A DNA stretch of 64,000 nt from NCBI GenBank assembly GCA_040954595.2, contig CM082580.2, positions 14,000,242-14,064,241 of the forward strand. Direction: 5' to 3'. The notes under the pieces were generated by a model. It did not search any database, had not been told where the DNA came from, and saw only the letters and a program-made list of their open reading frames with translations. The stretch's first letter is position 1. Each line of letters begins with the position of its first letter. Made by a program: the position numbers and the translations under genes. This document shows, piece after piece, positions 62,406 through 64,000 of the stretch. This stretch comes from Balanoglossus misakiensis. Taxonomy: Eukaryota > Animalia > Hemichordata.

Positions 62406-64000
62406 CGGTCTCTTTTCATGTGCGGTTGTTGTGGCGACCTGTTATAGCCTGCGACATGCAGTTATACAGATAAGCTTTGTCTTTCGATAGCATTTATCAG
62501 TCATCTGTAGAAAATAAATAAATAATGGGAAAGTAAATAAATAAATGTTTCACCTGTTATCAATGGCCTTGTCGGTGCTGAGTATGATTCAACCATTACT
62601 GCGATGGGTGTATTACATCATATGCGAATGTTTCAATGTATTTAGGGGAAACAAATGAAAATGTTCTTATATGCTTTCTCAACACGCTATCATTTTAGCG
62701 GATTGTAAATTACATATCTGCAGGAATGGTCCAGTATAGCAGATCATTCATTCATCCATATGGCTATCAGACACCGCTTTACTTCACCAGCCATGCACAG
62801 AGATGTATATAGACAGCTCTTTTGCATTGAGACTTTGGGGTACCATGTAATACCCCTGCTGCTATCATTTCATGGCCAAATCCTTCGATTCAGATAACGA
62901 TTACGTCCAAATCTCTGACAGTCACACGCACAATTCTTCACTCTGAAATATTGAATAGCCACATTGTTAAATATTTACTCGTCATTTGCCAAACGCTTGC
63001 GGCGTAAACAACTTTCCAGGATATTGAAGAACAGTTTAATAAGAAACAGTGGGCTTTCCCTGAACGGCTTCCTTGTCATTTTTCGACGAAACTCAAGTCA
63101 ATCCGGGATCATCGTTTATCCCTCCGGGGACGGAGGTATTCCAAGGATTCCGGTCCCACAGGGTGACTAAGCACAACATGTATTTGACTAAAATGAACTA
63201 TTAAAGGGCGGCGATCCTCTCATGCGCATCTGTCAAACAAGAGATTAATGGTTACAAAACATGTATTACAGTCAGTGCCATAAGGCAGTGTGCTGTCCTA
63301 ACAACAGACTAGATGGCGGCGACCATAGTCAGTGTCGGTGATTGGGAAAAGACAGCGAATTGGGTGAAAAGAAGGGACAAACAGTGTGCATGAAATATGG
63401 AAGGAAACGAGGACAGTCCACGATTTGAATGCCTCAAACGCAAAATTTGCAGAACTTTTGGAATCGACGTGAAGTCAAACGAGAAATTTAGGAAAACACA
63501 GAAAGCACAAATTCTTAATATTGATCTAATAAGTCAATCAAGCACAGTCATTCTAGTCTTATTTTAAGAACCGAAAAGGTACATGTACTACCCAGTTGTT
63601 TTTGCCCAGTTCAATATCCGCGAGGCACCATGTTTGATTAAATTAGAGAAATTCACACATAGATAGAACATCACACATTGCGTTTATCTGATAAAGAACA
63701 CTATATATACCGGTATATAGCCTTTATCGTAATGAAATCTTTCTATGTAATCAATATAGGAGCAAAGGAGTTTGTGAGGTGAATTCCTTTCATTGGATCG
63801 CCGTATCCTGTTAAGGGCTAAATTCAACAGTGATATATTCGTAATGTAATCAATACGCCTCTCGTGACGTCACTGACCAGGTTCTATTTTCTCAAGATAT
63901 AGGATTTCGTCTCTAAAATACCATGTGTTAATTTTGCACTATCATCTCAACTATTTTAAAACCCAAAATTGCAGCAATGTCGAGTTTGGTCAAAGGGTTA

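Noticed and set aside
62565-62582. Partial REST/NRSE-like motif (CTCAGCACC..GACA) upstream of the opsin-like gene; similar near 25641-25657
   Set aside because: Only the left half-site matches and the spacing is non-canonical.

Overview
Intron-rich animal genomic DNA; no prokaryotic features or CRISPR arrays seen. The gene content and intron layout suggest a marine invertebrate, probably a non-vertebrate deuterostome (inference). Four protein-coding genes are supported. (1) FTCD, - strand, 13 exons at 19-4115, last exon outside the window. (2) ZMYND11/BS69, + strand, 12 coding exons at 7665-12371, head-to-head with FTCD across a CpG-rich promoter, with a probable ~3.9 kb 3'UTR. (3) A divergent class B1 GPCR most like PDF receptors, + strand, core exons at 47090-50163, preceded by ~30 kb of non-coding DNA rich in E-boxes, CREs and RFX X-boxes. 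(4) A convergent single-ORF opsin-like class A GPCR at 60418-62088 (-) with Cys in place of the retinal-binding Lys296, no TM3 disulfide Cys, an unusual Lys in TM3 and a ~250 aa motif-rich tail. Several short MITE-like elements, hairpins and microsatellites are also present. The strongest lead is the Lys-less opsin-like receptor and its pairing with the PDFR-like gene and clock/cAMP-type motifs. All exon coordinates, alignments and counts were done by eye; nothing was computed or searched.
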